Of a stretch of DNA of 64,000 nt, positions 41,901 to 56,900 are shown piece after piece. The position numbers and the translations under genes are program-made. The DNA comes from Phoronis australis (taxonomy: Eukaryota > Animalia > Phoronida): NCBI GenBank assembly GCA_002633005.1, contig NMRA01000570.1, forward strand, positions 95,737 through 159,736, read 5' to 3'. The notes below the pieces were generated by a model that worked only from the letters and a program-made list of their open reading frames with translations, did not search any database and was not told where the DNA came from. Each line of letters starts with the position of its first letter. The first letter of the stretch is position 1.

Positions 41901-44900
41901 GAACGCAAAACATCAGCTTCTGAAAGCTAAACATCAGCTTCTGAACACAAAACATCAGCTTCTGAAAGCTAAACATCAGCTTCTGACCACAAAACATCAG
42001 TGTACAATTACTGAGACATTAGGTGTAGGGGGGCAAGGCTTAGTCTTGAATTTGTGTCTGTCAGATAAATAACTCAAGAACTGAAATAAGGCAGTTGACA
42101 GCTACAGGAGTTTTCCACAATATTTGGAACTGACGGAAAGTAGGCATCTTTGTCATATTTAACAGCCTCAAAAATGTTTTTAATCATCTTCGTTTGAAGT
42201 TTCATATTTGTGGGCCTCAACTTTTGATACTCGATGTCAGCTAGTGTTGGGTGAATATTCACAGATGATGCATGGCAATGTACAGAAATGAAATTGAACC
42301 AAAAATCTTTGAAACTTGCCAGTGATGAAGCATTCTTAAATCATTTTCACTCTTATGTTTTGATCAGAATGGTTTTGTGAAAAAGCCATACAATACTGAC
42401 AGGTAATAACATTTAGAGTAATGACCATCAGAGTGTAAACAAAAATTGCGTAAGCACCAGGCGGACTTGTGCATAACCACCAGTCTTTTGGCAAGACTAG
42501 ACTTTGTTTAACTCCTGATAATGTATTGCCAAACACTTGGAACACAATGCTTCAGATAGATTTTTAGACATAAAATTTGAAATATAATTTAAATCCTTCC
42601 ACTTAGTACTCAACTTTCCACTGCATCTACTTTAAAACTCAAAAAAATTATTAAAAGATTTCAATTTATTTGCAGTCTTCTCTATAGGTTAACTAAGTAA
42701 ACAGATTATACTGAGGACCAATTGACTTTAACCTTGGTCAAACACTCAGCTCCTCCAACGATGTTTATCTCAACACAGGGCTTAATGGCATTCACTCCAC
42801 TTGAATATTACACATTGATTTATTCTCAACACAATTCTTTGCCAATTTTACAATATCATATTAAGCCCTATTTTTGTTTGCCTTCCTTCACACCTTTGAG
42901 ATGGGAAGGTTGATTGGTAAAATATTTTACTTTTCCAATTTTTGTTCTTGGGCACACTCATTTTTTGTAGCAAAAATATTTCACCTCTAAATGATAAGTT
43001 TTTCTGTTATATTTCGACCATTTTTGAAACATTTTTCTAACAGAGAGTCGAGGTAATAGGCCATAACTAATCATACAAGACTTTGTATCAAATTAAGAAA
43101 TTCTGATAAAATCTCTCATTAGAGTTAACTTTTTGAAGTTAAAACTTTTCAATTTTGGTTTTAATTCCTATCAGTGCTACTTGCATTTTGGACGGTTTCA
43201 AAAACTAGTATTCAAATTCTCTTAGCTCAGCTTAGAATAAAGCCGCTATAACTCACGGCATTCTGTCCAAAACTTTGAATTTAGACCACTTACAAACGAG
43301 GTCTCAACTAGTTCCTTACTGCACCAACAGGTGGCATTTGTTACTGCAAAGAACTGACACTTCATTAGTCCCTGAAACCACGCTCGACTCCTGAAAGGAC
43401 ACGACGCGACAAGCCAACTTGTAGAGCCTGTTCTCAAGTAACAACAACCAAATTTTGTTTTTTGATGGAACTTGGCTTTATAGCTTCTTTGACACACACT
43501 TTCTTGGTCGGAATAACATTTTTGGCGACGGGATACCTATCAATCTATCTACAGTTTTGGTCTGGCCACACCGTATCACCAATTTGTTTCAAGATAGTCG
43601 AGCACATGAAAAATGCGGAATTAATTCATTCCAGTTCTGATATCAATAAACGGTCAATCAGTAAGTACAATGAATTGTCCTAATAGTTATCTCAAACAGT
43701 CTTACCCCAGATTTAAGTGGTAATCTAATGAATTTGTTATGAGGCATGTATTGGTATAAAGGCTTACCAAAGATCAGCGAACGCCAATTCTCAGGCATTT
43801 ACAGACAATTTATTAAAAGAATAATGGCTTTTAAGTATAAATGTTGAGACTTCAATGGTAACCAAGGCAACAACATCTATTTCAGGCAACAAAGGATAAC
43901 CACATAAGTGATAAAAGTCTAAGCTACATTTCACCCCAAACTACCATTTCTTCTGTAAACATCAACCACTGCAGGCATTTTCTAGCACTTTATACCCCAT
44001 TACACAACTCCTACATTTGACATGTTGTCAATATCGAGCTATTGATGATACCTGACATTCTAACTTCCATTAGTAAACAATCAGAAAGGATATGGCTTGA
44101 CAAGTGACGCACATTACCAACAAAAGAAATTTTCAACAAATGAGTCCTATCATTGAGACTAGATGAGCCAGAATGTGTTACCATGGTAACAACAAGGTAA
44201 ACATTGAGAAGACACCACCCTTAATTTAGAGTAAACAAATCACTGATCCTGACCACTGTAGGGTGGGTGCTGTTTTTATCACTGCATAAAATAAATCTAG
44301 GAACATTTTCTTCATCTTTTAAACCAATTAGGTGTGTATTTGGCAATAAAAATGTCAGAAATATTTCCAAACCATAAACTTAATGATCTGCATCCTTTAA
44401 TGTGTCATCAAAAGGCCTTTTCCCTAATTAATTTAATCCAGCATTAGTGAAACATTCACATAAAGTGCAAAGTTAAAAGTACACCAAACCCTGTTTTGAT
44501 GATTTCCACCAATCCTTGTTCTGTCACCTGCTAATGCATCATTGGTGTCAATCTTCCAAGATAAAGGCATGAATCAAGTATGTCACAGATTGGACATTGT
44601 GGTCCTTGGTCTGTCTCAAGCAATGCTACTCACGTGTGCTGGTTTTCCTTGCAGTTTTTGCAAACGGCGGTTTTCAAAGAAATTTGACGAAATGTGAAAA
44701 CATACCTGGATTATATAATAATCATCCTCTGCTCTGTTCACGTTTCCTACACAAGAATCCAAAATTAAAGAAATTTGTCGATAAAAAAGACCATCTTCAA
44801 AATATAAACTGCCAATTACTTCGATGTACGCCAAAGTTGAGAGTTCCTACTATAGTGATGTGTCAATGCTTGGCTGTTAAATCTACTTGTTTGCTGTGTA

Positions 44901-47900
44901 GTAAATTTGAACTGTTAACTTAATTCTAACTGATCAACTGTCCCATCAACACTGAGGCATCGACCTCAATGGGAAAGGCCTTCCAGAAATCAGCAATTAA
45001 AGAAGTGTGTCAAAAACACTGCTTCGACAAGATTGGTCAACCCTTCCAAAATTTGTCCACCTCTTATTGATTGATGGTGATATCCCAATTTTCTTTGACG
45101 GTTGAAACCTATCATGGCAAAAAAATTAAGACCGGTTTGCCATTTCAGTTTCAGTGAATTTCAGTTTTTATATAGAGCTGCGAACAGGAAGGAAGTTCCC
45201 TTGCAATGTTTTCCATTATTTCATCCTCCATCCGACACAAACAAGTCGTAAGCAATGTCAATCAAGCTAGAAGAGACAAAGAGCTTTATATCCAGCAGTC
45301 TTCTCATTTTTTGATTTTGCTTCATTTCACCCCAAATGGAAGTGGAAAGATGGAAGATTTTCAAGAACATGCCAGTCTTTTGGTGATTTTTGAGAAATAA
45401 AACTTATTCAGCATTCACTTCGCGTCTGATAAGAATGCAGATCAGACATCTATTCAGTCGTCTGAAAAAATTCATATTTTGAACTCTCGTCAGACAACTG
45501 ATTAGCCTTCTTACTCTCCGAACCCAAATCAAGACGGCAGATCAGCTCTGTTACTAACAGAGAAGCCCACATTCCTATGAAGTGATTTGTGGTTAGGCTC
45601 TCCCAGACAAAAGTGATCACACTGATTGGACAAAATACTAACACTTTTTCATTAATTTTGTTCTATATATTAGCAAGCATTTTAGAAAAACATCAGTATG
45701 GGTGAATTGAAAAACGCAGCTTCAAGTATATGGGCTGATTTGGAGGACTTATGGGCCATGTCAGTTTTTATGTCCTTTTTCCAATTCCAATTTTAAGGTG
45801 CCCCTTGGCTCAAGTTAAACAGCCAAAGTGCATCGTGAAATTATGTTTGCGCCAATGATGTGGGGTGCCTTCCTAAAATCATCCCTGCACAAGGAACGCC
45901 TTTGCAAACGCTCGCTTGCGGCGCCTGAAAGAATCGCTAAGTGTATGTTGTGTTGCTAAACAAAGTAATAAAAACATACTGCCTCTAAGTGAAAACAAAG
46001 TTTGTTTAATCAATATGATTTTTTTTTTGTAATTCCACTTTCAGTTTATGGATACAAAAATATAATGGACCCAAACACTTTTGTCCTGGGAATAGCTGAG
46101 CTGACAATAGTTGGATATATCGTGCTCATATTTTGAGAACCAGTTTGATAACTGTTATTCAGTGGAAAAAACTGGTTCTCAAAAAGCAGGCATGTTGCAT
46201 CTGACTACAACTCCCGTGCTAGTACTCAATAAGGTTTTGAATACCATACAGAAGTCTTGGAGCAAAATGGCTCAGGTATGGAAAATGGCAGCAGAAAACC
46301 TATGATAAAAACTATAGCAAACAAGACACCTAAAAGTTTAAACTTGACAAGTGTGATTACAAGCACAAAGACTCTCATCACATGGGACTCTATAGAATGT
46401 CTGGGATGACACAACAAATACAGTAGGTGCCAAAGAATTCAGTCAAAATGACCCAGAATTCCCTGCTATGATGGCTGGACGGAAGACAAATCCATTGGCA
46501 GAATGGGTTTCCCTCATGACCGAGAATGAATTGTAATAAACAGGAATGTTGGTATGGTGGCTAAGTCATTCTTTAATTAGAGTTTTGCTCTCATAATAGT
46601 TATTACCAGTTATTTTGCTCTCAAATGAATTAGTGCGTCTGATTACTTTCGTATCGTACTGTACCTGTAGTGGTGTATGACAGCAGAATAAGACTCAATA
46701 TACAAAATGTTAACGCACAAAATAATATGTTTAGATTTCTTTCATTCCAGACACTGGGCATCAATGGCTTTTCTGAATTAAAAGGTGTAAAAACCAATAC
46801 CGATATTGATTGACAAAATGAAGCATAACATCCTTATAAAAGTCAAATTGAGGTGCTGTCTTTCACAGGAAACACAGTTGTATGGAATACCTCCCTAAAA
46901 TTAATTTCCTAAAAACAGTGAGCAATGCTCTTAATTTTAAAACTTGAAAATTTGTACTCGCAAAATGTAAATAACTCGTTCTGAAATTACGCAAAAATAC
47001 TCCCACCTCAAATCAAGATAATGATGTAAATAACACACTTTTTTTCCAACATGTTTTAGATAACATAAACAGAAAGACAAAGACTATAGAGGGAGTTTTG
47101 AGATAATTAAAGGTTTCATATTTTTTGCACTGCAAAGGGTTAAAGGTTGTTACCACATAAGCAGATCACTGAAATATCTCAGCATTCCTTACAAAAGTTC
47201 ACTACGTATTATAAATTACGATGTAATTAACAGCTGAGTCTAATTTCCTGCAATATATCTAGATGTGTTTTATCAACACAATAATCAATAGTCATTATAT
47301 GGTTACTATGTTACTTTAGAGAAACACACAAGATCATCGCAGAATGATGGAAAAAGACTATTGGCTTTACAACATAAATGGAGTGTTATTCACATCTGGT
47401 CAGATGTCGTAAACTGAGCTCAATCTTTTGACCAGTCATGCTTCTGAGGCGAGTTGAATAATGGACATTTCTTTCACAAGTTTTAATAAATTGCTGTCAA
47501 TCGTAAATCTAAAGAGTTTGACAAGCAATCAAAAGTAAACAGTCGTCCACTGCGTTGTATGCTATATACCTTTTTAAAACGTACAATGTAATAATGATAA
47601 AGAAAAGCTCCTGGCATCGATGCGGTTTTTCAACATGGAATACAACAGGGCAGAGCGTTTTATATTCTGCCTCAAATTTTTACTACAAAGCCATCAAGTC
47701 ATGTCCTGTAAAACTGTACTCAGACAACATTTGGTATTTTTTCTTACTAAAATCTTAGAATATAGAAAACAACAATGTTGGCAGTAATTTTTGTATTTTA
47801 ACATTGTCCAGTACACATAACTGATAGTAATAGACACAAATTGAATTCAACTCTTCTCTTTTGCAGATCTGGTAGAAAATCGCAGTGAATGATTGATCTA

Positions 47901-50900
47901 GTTTAATTTCAAAAGGAAGCGACACTGGCACACCCTCTAAGTCAACTGAGTGAAGTAAGGAACACTTTATCACACCTATCTCAGCTGTTCAAATTTTTTA
48001 GGTGTCTACATCGCAACTTACCATATTAGAGTAGAACTTTGTTAGGATCACAATGACAAAAGACAAAATGACCTCTCAGTAAAAAAAACAGTGATGCACA
48101 CAATAGCAATACAACTGAGGGGCATGTGAACTGCAGACGCTCAGCATTGTGCAGTGGCATATCTACTGGGATTCTTACATTCCCCCCCNTCGCAACATTA
48201 ATCCAAAGGTACATTTTACTCAAGGACCAAGTTCCCTGGGTAAACTGGAAGGTTTTACAAGTATCATTTTAAAAGATGAGTCAATGAGATTATGACAATT
48301 CTTTACTTATTTCTCAGACAAATATTAGCAAAAATCGTATTTTTTGATTTTTAAAGGCTTGCTTCTAATAATTCACTACTTGCACAAATTCGCCATTGGA
48401 ACACGCGTGTCTTCAGTGTCGTTTCCGTTGTAAAATTTGACGCTAAACGGAGGCATTGTGTCCTAAACAACTATACACAACAATCATTTTTTGTAGCACA
48501 ACCAAAGTTAGCACACATGGTTATTTGATACTAATACATTGTGCGTTTCATGCTTTTATCAATTTAGCTTTGTCCTTAAGAATGAGCAAACATGTGTAGG
48601 AAGATACGGAACCAATAATACATATCGATGTTGAATTATGTGTAATACTATTGTCTATGTTTATGACTGAACAGTTACTGCATGGATTAGACTCCAATCA
48701 AATGTTTTTTATTTCACCTTAATGAAAGCAGCAGTGAACTCAAGTCAGAATTTCAACACAACATATTTGAAGGAAGGACTATGCTGAAAGTACACTAATA
48801 GTACAAATCAATAAAACAATAAACTGAAATTTCGTTTTTCTTTATTTTTGTTCAGAAATTTGACGAAATAAATTTTAACTTCACCATTATATTGTGTGCT
48901 AAATAGCCGAAGAGTTGTGTCAATTTGTAAATTTGCAATTGATTTTGCGAGGAACTTAAAGACAGTCTTTAAACAGAGCAGAGGCAGACCAAAGGGGATT
49001 CCAAGAGGTATAGATCTCAAATAAATGACTGGGGCTTAAGTAGGAAACCAGACTTTAAACTGAGCCACCAGTAAGCAAAACTTCAAAACCTCACTGTGGG
49101 GGAGTGCTTAAACATGCCAGTACAAAACACCTAATACACTGCCAAAACAAATGTTGACATTTCAAAAGACTCCTTAGTGTTCCTATTATAAAGTTCACAT
49201 AAATTTATCACTTGTCAACAAACTAACCACTGAGAGTGACAACCAAATCCTTCCAACATATGCGTCAAATGATCCTATTGACTTCATTAACTTATTGTCA
49301 TAAAAAACATTCATTACAAGTCTCACATTGTACACTTTAACCTAGTCAGTAGAGTAAATCATGGTAACTAAGACCAAGTCACATGTGAATATTTATCCGA
49401 CAGCAGATAACGGAGGGCAACCAGCAGAGAATGAGCATTTACAGCCTTCTCAAAACTTCTTAGCACAAGAGTTACAAATTGATAGAATTCTGATGAATCC
49501 CCACAAGCAAACAGAACCTAAATACAAATTGTGTCACTGTCACATAACCATGGTGAGAGGGGAGGTATCACCAAGCTGATTTGAGGAATTTGTTTTCAGG
49601 TACTTCGGAAATCACTTTCGCATCATATGCAGGTTCTCATTCACTGTCATGTATCCATCGACAACTATGACTGAGCTCAGATGATGGTTTTGGGAAAGAA
49701 TTGATGTTACAACATTGCACATTAAGTGGGCGTAATTTTTAATTTTGACAGAGCAATTTGCTGTTTAAGTTCAAAGAAAATTACAATTTTATTTTAATAT
49801 GAAATGTTTAGTTACTTTGCCCAAATTTGGGGCATTCAGGAGAATGAAGATATTCAATATCTACCAATCTGGTATAATAGCAATATAACTGTAAATTAGA
49901 CAACAGTCTATTATCAACGCTAGGACAAAAAGGTACAACTTAATGTTAATGATTTGTTTAGACTCCCATCAATATTTTAAGTCTGACGAATCCTTTTGTA
50001 ACACATATGGTTTCTCTCTCAACTTTACTATTTTTATGTACTCATGCAAGCATTTTTTATGTTAACTAAGACATTTTCTGTGATCCTCCTGAACATCCCA
50101 AAAGTATTTAATTAGTAAATATTGTGAACAAATGTAAATCATATTCCCATTTAATTGAACACATTTATAAAAAAAACAATGCGTGAACTGAAGTGGGAAT
50201 AACAAATTAATGTTCTTCATTCACTCAAATCGTGAAGGGAACTATATGCTTAATTTTACTAAAGTGGATCCAGGTAAGTTTTCTAGCATATTTTCATGTG
50301 CTCACGTGTGTGTTTGCGAGCGTGTATATGTGTGCGTGCATTCTATCAAGTGTATTTGTTTGTAAGCGTTATAGCTAGCAATAAAAAATTAAACCTCAAA
50401 ACATTAAAAGACTTGTCTATGCAATTCTCATGTATCTGAAGTAATGCCAGGATTTGACCGGGATCTCACAAACATAAATGCAGCGCAAAAACCAAATTCA
50501 AGGAATCAGTACCAGCCAGTGGATGGCCAATAAGCATTCCCATGATAGCATCTCCAGACACTGGAAGAGACACAGGAGTTGTCCAGGCGGACGCCACGTG
50601 AAAGAATGCCGACGTACCTTTGCCTTGTCATTCACAGGAACACCGAGGTCCAAAAGGCGCTCCACAACTACTAGTTTATTTTCTCGCACTGCTACCATCA
50701 GAGGCGTGACACCAGTCTCCTGAAAAATTAAAGAGCTCAAGTTATTAGGAATTTGGATAAAAAGAGTTGCTATAAAATTGATGTTGATTTCACTTTCCAA
50801 AAGTTTTATCCATTGCTGTGAATTTTTCATGAAGTTGTTTGAAAATGCCATGTCATGCTAACATGGCACACCAGCGATATGTGAATATTTTTTCATTTTT

Positions 50901-53900
50901 TTTTCACTAGATAAGTAACAGTAAATAAATCATGTTTAAGATATATGCCATAGTTACTATCAGAAAATGTTTTGAGAAACACACGGCATGCAGAACAATG
51001 TTCGGAGCCTTTGAAGAATGAAAACGGTCTTTGGCAACTATTTTTGCCCAAAATGGCGAGATTTGACTGCACAATCCGTAAACTAACATTAAATTTCCAA
51101 TGCTTATTACAAACAATATAATGTAGAACAATTGGAGTTAAGTCCACAAATTGGTATAAAGCATTATATGTTAATGAGATGAGAAATTCGACAAAGTAAT
51201 CTTGTCAAAATAATGCTTTTATTCCATCATATTTTAACACAAATTGAAAAGATGGTGGTTTCAAGTAATAAACCGTGAAAATGATCAATACAAACGTGTT
51301 TTACTGTGATGTCCTGTTGTCGTGACAACTTAACAAACATGTCCAAATTCGGTTAACTTCCGAGCATCATACCAAACAAATGGTCCGTGGGAATAATATG
51401 AAACTTACAGAAAATATAGTACATCTTTAACTTTACAAAATACTGTTTTAAGACATCTACACAGTATAAATCATGCTAGTAAAAGGCAAAAAAATATTGT
51501 TGTAAAGAAACTTGACAAAATAGAATTTCACTTGTCGGCCATATTGCGTGCTAAAAAAGTGAGGAACTAATATTAAGCACTATTTTTTTCATTGCAAAAA
51601 ATAAGAAATAAATTTCACTGACTTGCCAACCACATTGGGCCTAAACTGGCAACAATGAATAGTACAAATCACAACAGCCAGTAACTATCGAGACAGACAG
51701 GCGCATAGTGAAGGTTATGCAAACCTCTAGAAAAATGTCCTGAACGATGTCATGAACAACAGGATGGATGGTTCCAAGATGACAAAATTATTACACTCAC
51801 TCTGGTGTAACACACCACTGCAACTATGCCACACTCTTTGAGGTTGAGTAACTTGTAGTTTATCACCTCAGCACACAATATGGCAGATAAGCGGAAATAA
51901 ACTTTATCAAAATTTCTCAATAAAAATAAAGGTTAAGAAATTGGTAGATTATTGATGGTGAGCTGACTCTGTTTGTACAACAAACGAGGTCATAAACATA
52001 TGGTTGGGTTTCCATTATCAGCGAAAAATAAAAAAATGACAAGTTATGTAATTAATTTTTAGCAAAATAAGTGAAGAATTACATAGCCCAAGTACATGAG
52101 ATCAGATTTAAGGAGTTCAATAAATCCAGGTATGCTGCTTCCACTGCACATGCGCAGGATAATTTCATTCTAATTTGTGGCCATAACATTAACGGCTCGT
52201 CCCTCTGTCCCCGAGTTGTGTTCTGTCCAAGAAGGGAATATTTATTTACACCCATCATAGGTTTATGGCAAGGTACTTGAGGGGGATTGTTGTGCATGGC
52301 CAATTAGCTGTCTGGACAAAATTTTATATTTACACACCAGTGAATAGACAGTGGATAGACCTGCTCTAGCACTGGGTTCCTAGTAACAGAAATCATGTAA
52401 TGCGCCCACAATATGTACAATACTATTATATCTTAATAATCAATGGAACAACTACCATCACCAACAACAACTTGGACACTAATGACCTCTAAATAGCTGA
52501 GATTAGGATCATGGTTACCTAGGTACCAGCAAAGGGTAGTCTGGAGCCAGATGAATGATGGACAGGTTTAGTGAGCGAAAATTATCTGGATGCACACTTG
52601 ATTCTCGTGTTTTAACGATACATGAAAATACATCTTAAATTTCCAAAATATGTTAAAACTGTCATTTATTTCGCCAAGTATGTTGTTTTGCTGTCATGAT
52701 TGTTTGTTCGCACTCTACAGGTTGCATTTTTTGTTGGATTTTCACAAAATTTTCACACAACTTGTAGTCCCGAAAGTACTGGAAGCCTCTTGTTTTTTGT
52801 CATGATCGGATCCAAGATGGCAAATGTGGCGGCCGTTTTGTTTCCGATTTCTGATTCAGTTGCTCATAGAGGCCACAATTTTTGATGTATTCGGCTGAAA
52901 ATCAGCAAAAAATAAAAACTTGTACAAGTACTACGTTTAAGCCAAAAATCATTTACTTCCGGTTAAAGATGGTGGAAATATCGGCAGTTAAGCTTGTGCA
53001 CCTCGATTATGGGACGAAAACATTTTCTTCTCTAGAGGGCGCATTATAGGACCGATTGTTTCAAAATTTTTTAGGAATTAGTTTTCTATGACAGTCTAAC
53101 ATTCAATGCTAAACAACCAGAAGTTGCTTCCAAGATGGCGGATCTGGCGCACGTTGACCCATTTTCAGTCATGCTGGGGTGCCATTTTAAACGGGAAGAG
53201 AAAAAGACGTGAATTTTTCCATGTGGATTTTCTAAGGTATACTCTTTCAAATTAACTCAAACAATTTTTCTTCTCAGACTTACCGTTTTCGAGTTATTTG
53301 ACTTTGAAATTCAAAAAAATGCAAAATTTAGTTTTTTAAATAAAATTTTACAGATTTTTGTGAAACTATGTTCGTAGATATTTTCAATTTTCCGATACGA
53401 CGTCTACTTTTTGAATTATTTGAGTTTTTCTGAAAATGCTGTTCCTTTGTTGACCGATTTTGCTGCGTTGCTACTTTACCGGCGACTGAACAAGACTGCA
53501 GCCTATTTCATACTGATTTCTGACATCTACGTTCGTCATATGAATGTTATCATATTGTTTATCATCGCCACCATCATCATCGTATTCGTCATCTTCATAA
53601 CCATCTGTCGTCGTCTTTTCAGTTAATTTTGCCAAGTGTCGCTCAAAACTGTAGCCTATTTACTGATTTCTCACATCTTCTCTAGTCACATGAATGTTGT
53701 AGTGCTGTTCATAATAGCCATCTTCATCAATATAATCATCATCGATGTCATCATGTCAATCGTCGAGAAACATCTTCGTTAGTCATATCAATGTGATCGT
53801 GTTGTTCATAATCGCCACATTCATCATCATAACCGTCACTGTCTTCGTCATCTCCATCGCCATTTTTTCAGTTAATTTCGCCAAGTGTTGCTCCTCCGAG

Positions 53901-56900
53901 CGCTTTCATTTTTTCTATTTGTCAAAGGTTTGTGGACTGTAGCATTGCTACAAATATGTTATGGTAAAAAGGTCACATGCCGCTCGATTTTGATGATGAC
54001 AGGACAGAGCAATTAAGGATTAAGAATTTCTTAATCAAAGCGGACCTCTGTAAATCCCATTTCGTGAAAGAAATTGAGAAATTTAGATTCAGGCCCCTTG
54101 CACTGTTACGGCTATACCATTGGTCTCGACTCTTTCCTAACTCAAAATGAGAAGTGATTGAGTTTGAAAGAACTATCCTTATAATCGAGACCATGCTCGG
54201 TGCATACAGTTACAATAAGCCATGCCGCAACAAGTCAACTTGTAGGGTCTGTTCTGAATCAATGACAAAATGACAATAAATCATATCCAATTTAAGTCTG
54301 AAACAATTTGAAACCAATATCAAAATGGTGAGTGGTCTATTTCGAAACTTTGCTTTTTTGATGGAAGGTGAGTTTATAGTCGCCTTGGTAGTAACTTGAA
54401 ATTCAGCAAAAAATCATTTTTTGCAATATTGTTTCATTTCAGCGCCAAATTTAGCAGTAACACAAATACATTCACACATATTCATTAAGATTTTTCAAAT
54501 TAGCGAGTAATGTCACAGGATGATCAAACTTCCATACAGTGTATGATATGATGTGGCTTCAACATTTCTCACTGAATCTCTGCGACCTTTAAAAGAAATG
54601 TTTGGTTGCCAAATTCTGGAGCTGGCGCGGTGGTGTCTAGAGGTTAGCCACCTGTATCTCAGTACAAAATATGAAGAAAATGGAAAGCTCCCTTCTTTCA
54701 ATACTGTGCCACGTCAAACTCTAAAACTTTCTCCAGTAACCTTGAAAACGAGGACAAGGTCGATGAAATCGACTGAAGATGGCCCAGTAGCACTTTGATA
54801 CAATGATATCTGAAGTACAAGAACTCTTTTTGAGAAATCGTGCCAACAGGATTTTATTTTCGTAACTTAACGTCCTAACCAAAATTGACGGGCATCTAGA
54901 GTTGCCCCACTACATTTCAGTGGTATCGCACCAACATTTTCCACTAGTAGTCAAAACTTGGTTTTCTCTGTACGGCTTTGAAAATGAGGTCAAGGACACC
55001 AAAATGGACTGGCACTTGGAATTTTGTTCCACCTACACCTCGGTACAAAATATGAACAAATTTAAAGACCAGGGGCCCGTTCCAAGAAACTGACTTAAGT
55101 TCACTTTTGACTTAAGTCTAGTCTAAAATTTGACTTAACTTCCATACTTTGAAAATTCCACATCCGGTCAGATAGCTAAAATTAAGATTGAACTTTTATC
55201 AAAAACTTAATTCAAATGTAGGATGTCTTTCTTATGACAGTCTCGAGACTAATTTAAGTTTTATCTTTAAATTAACTAAAATTTAAGATTTGTCTTAGCT
55301 AAGTCAGTTTTGTTGGAACAGGCCCCTGTGCTCTACATAGTGTGCCAGCAACATTTGCCCAAGGTAAACTTGATTTTTTTGATATGATCTTGAAAATGAC
55401 GTCACGGCCACCAAAAATGGCTTCCGTCTAGAGTTGCCCGACCAACACCTTCATAAAAAATATGAACAAAATCTAAGCTTCCTTCTTGTTGAGATATCAT
55501 GACAACATTGTGAGGCATATGGATGAATGATCATGAATACTATGTTCCCACTCAATGAGGAGGAAGGGGGGTCAATAAAAATACACTTTTAAAGCATATT
55601 GCTTATAGAGTAAACTGAGGCTTTCCCATTGGAGACTATTCTATATTCTATTTTCAAAACATTGTTTCTTCAAATGTTCTGTGAGGTCTGTCCCCTTAAC
55701 TAATCCATTTATTACCAAAGATCACATTAATGCAGGCAGAACACAGCCAAAATCAATTAGGCAAAAAATAGTTGCCCAAAAACCTTGACAACAAAACCAG
55801 GAAAGTCCTTTGCATTCTAAAGTAATTTATTAGGATTAGAAACTTGTCACAAACACCCAGAGATCAGATCAATATGGCTATTTATGATGGATGAAAAGGT
55901 TTGTGTCACACACAAGAAAACACAGCCTGAAACAATCTCCTTTCTCTGTAAACATGTAATAATATATTTCTATTGCTGGATTCACTTCCAACAGAACATT
56001 TTAATTAACAATAATCCTATATGAATCACAGCTTCAGTTAGAATTAGATGATCAAGTCCATGTCCATGTAGAGTTCTATACAGCTGAAAACTGAAATGTG
56101 TAGGAAGTGTGTGAAAGCCAATGAACGTGCCAAAAGTGAGCAGAAACAAAGGTTCGCTAGGGGACCTTATCGACATATCTGTGTACTTAGCCAAATATCC
56201 ACAGAACTACAGATTTTGACGCACTAAAAGTGCGCGCATCTTCTGAAAGCGGAAAGTATGTAAGATTTGATTTTTGACTTTTTACTACGGTATGTGTCAA
56301 ATATTGAGTCACGTGACCATGTATTTTTGGTAAAATTTAGAAAAACAGACAGGTACGTCGACAGCAAAACAACGGTATCAAAAGCATGACCAAATTTCAT
56401 TTGTTATAAATGTTCAAGATGAAATCTCAAAAATGCAGTCACAGTTTTCTACATTATGATCTTAATTTCATTTCATGTAACTTTTGATTCTTTTCATGAA
56501 AATCATAAAAGTCATATTTTTGTATTCCCTTGTGCTAAAGTGGAACACTTTAAAAACAATTGGCCAAACAATGTGTTGGAGACTAGTCGCACATAAAGCA
56601 TAGAACCTAAAAATTTCATAAGAATCGAATCAGTGATTTCTGAGATATGATGTTTTGAAGTTAGCCAAATTTGGACATTTTTCTTGGGCCTTGCATCACT
56701 TTTAAATTGTCCTGAATCAGTTACAGTGGGCTACAGCAGCTTAATTCAAAATGTTCACTGAAGACATTGTTGGTGTGAAATTTGACATTCTTCTTAAAAA
56801 CACAAAAAATGGTAAAACAGTCAATAGAAAATGTTGTCTGAAATAAAAGAAATCTAAAAATAACAAATATTGGAACACCATGTTTTTGCTTAGGCAGCAG

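Noticed and set aside
41779-42072. ORF with KHQLL heptads resembling a coiled coil
   Set aside because: Product of the 21-bp minisatellite inside TRPN intron 2; no splice or homology support
40545-50617. Nested gene or alternative ankyrin exons in the 10-kb intron 2 (and 7.8-kb intron 1)
   Set aside because: I found no ankyrin-like or otherwise protein-like exon, and the repeat series is already complete without one; short or non-coding exons cannot be excluded by eye
50717-50722. CAGGAG tandem (NAGNAG) acceptors at exon 2 and exon 14
   Set aside because: A distal GAG acceptor is rarely used and would change a single Glu; no evidence from sequence alone
53411-53942. Hydrophobic short ORFs resembling membrane peptides
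   Set aside because: Ile/Val richness comes from degenerate (ATC)n repeats
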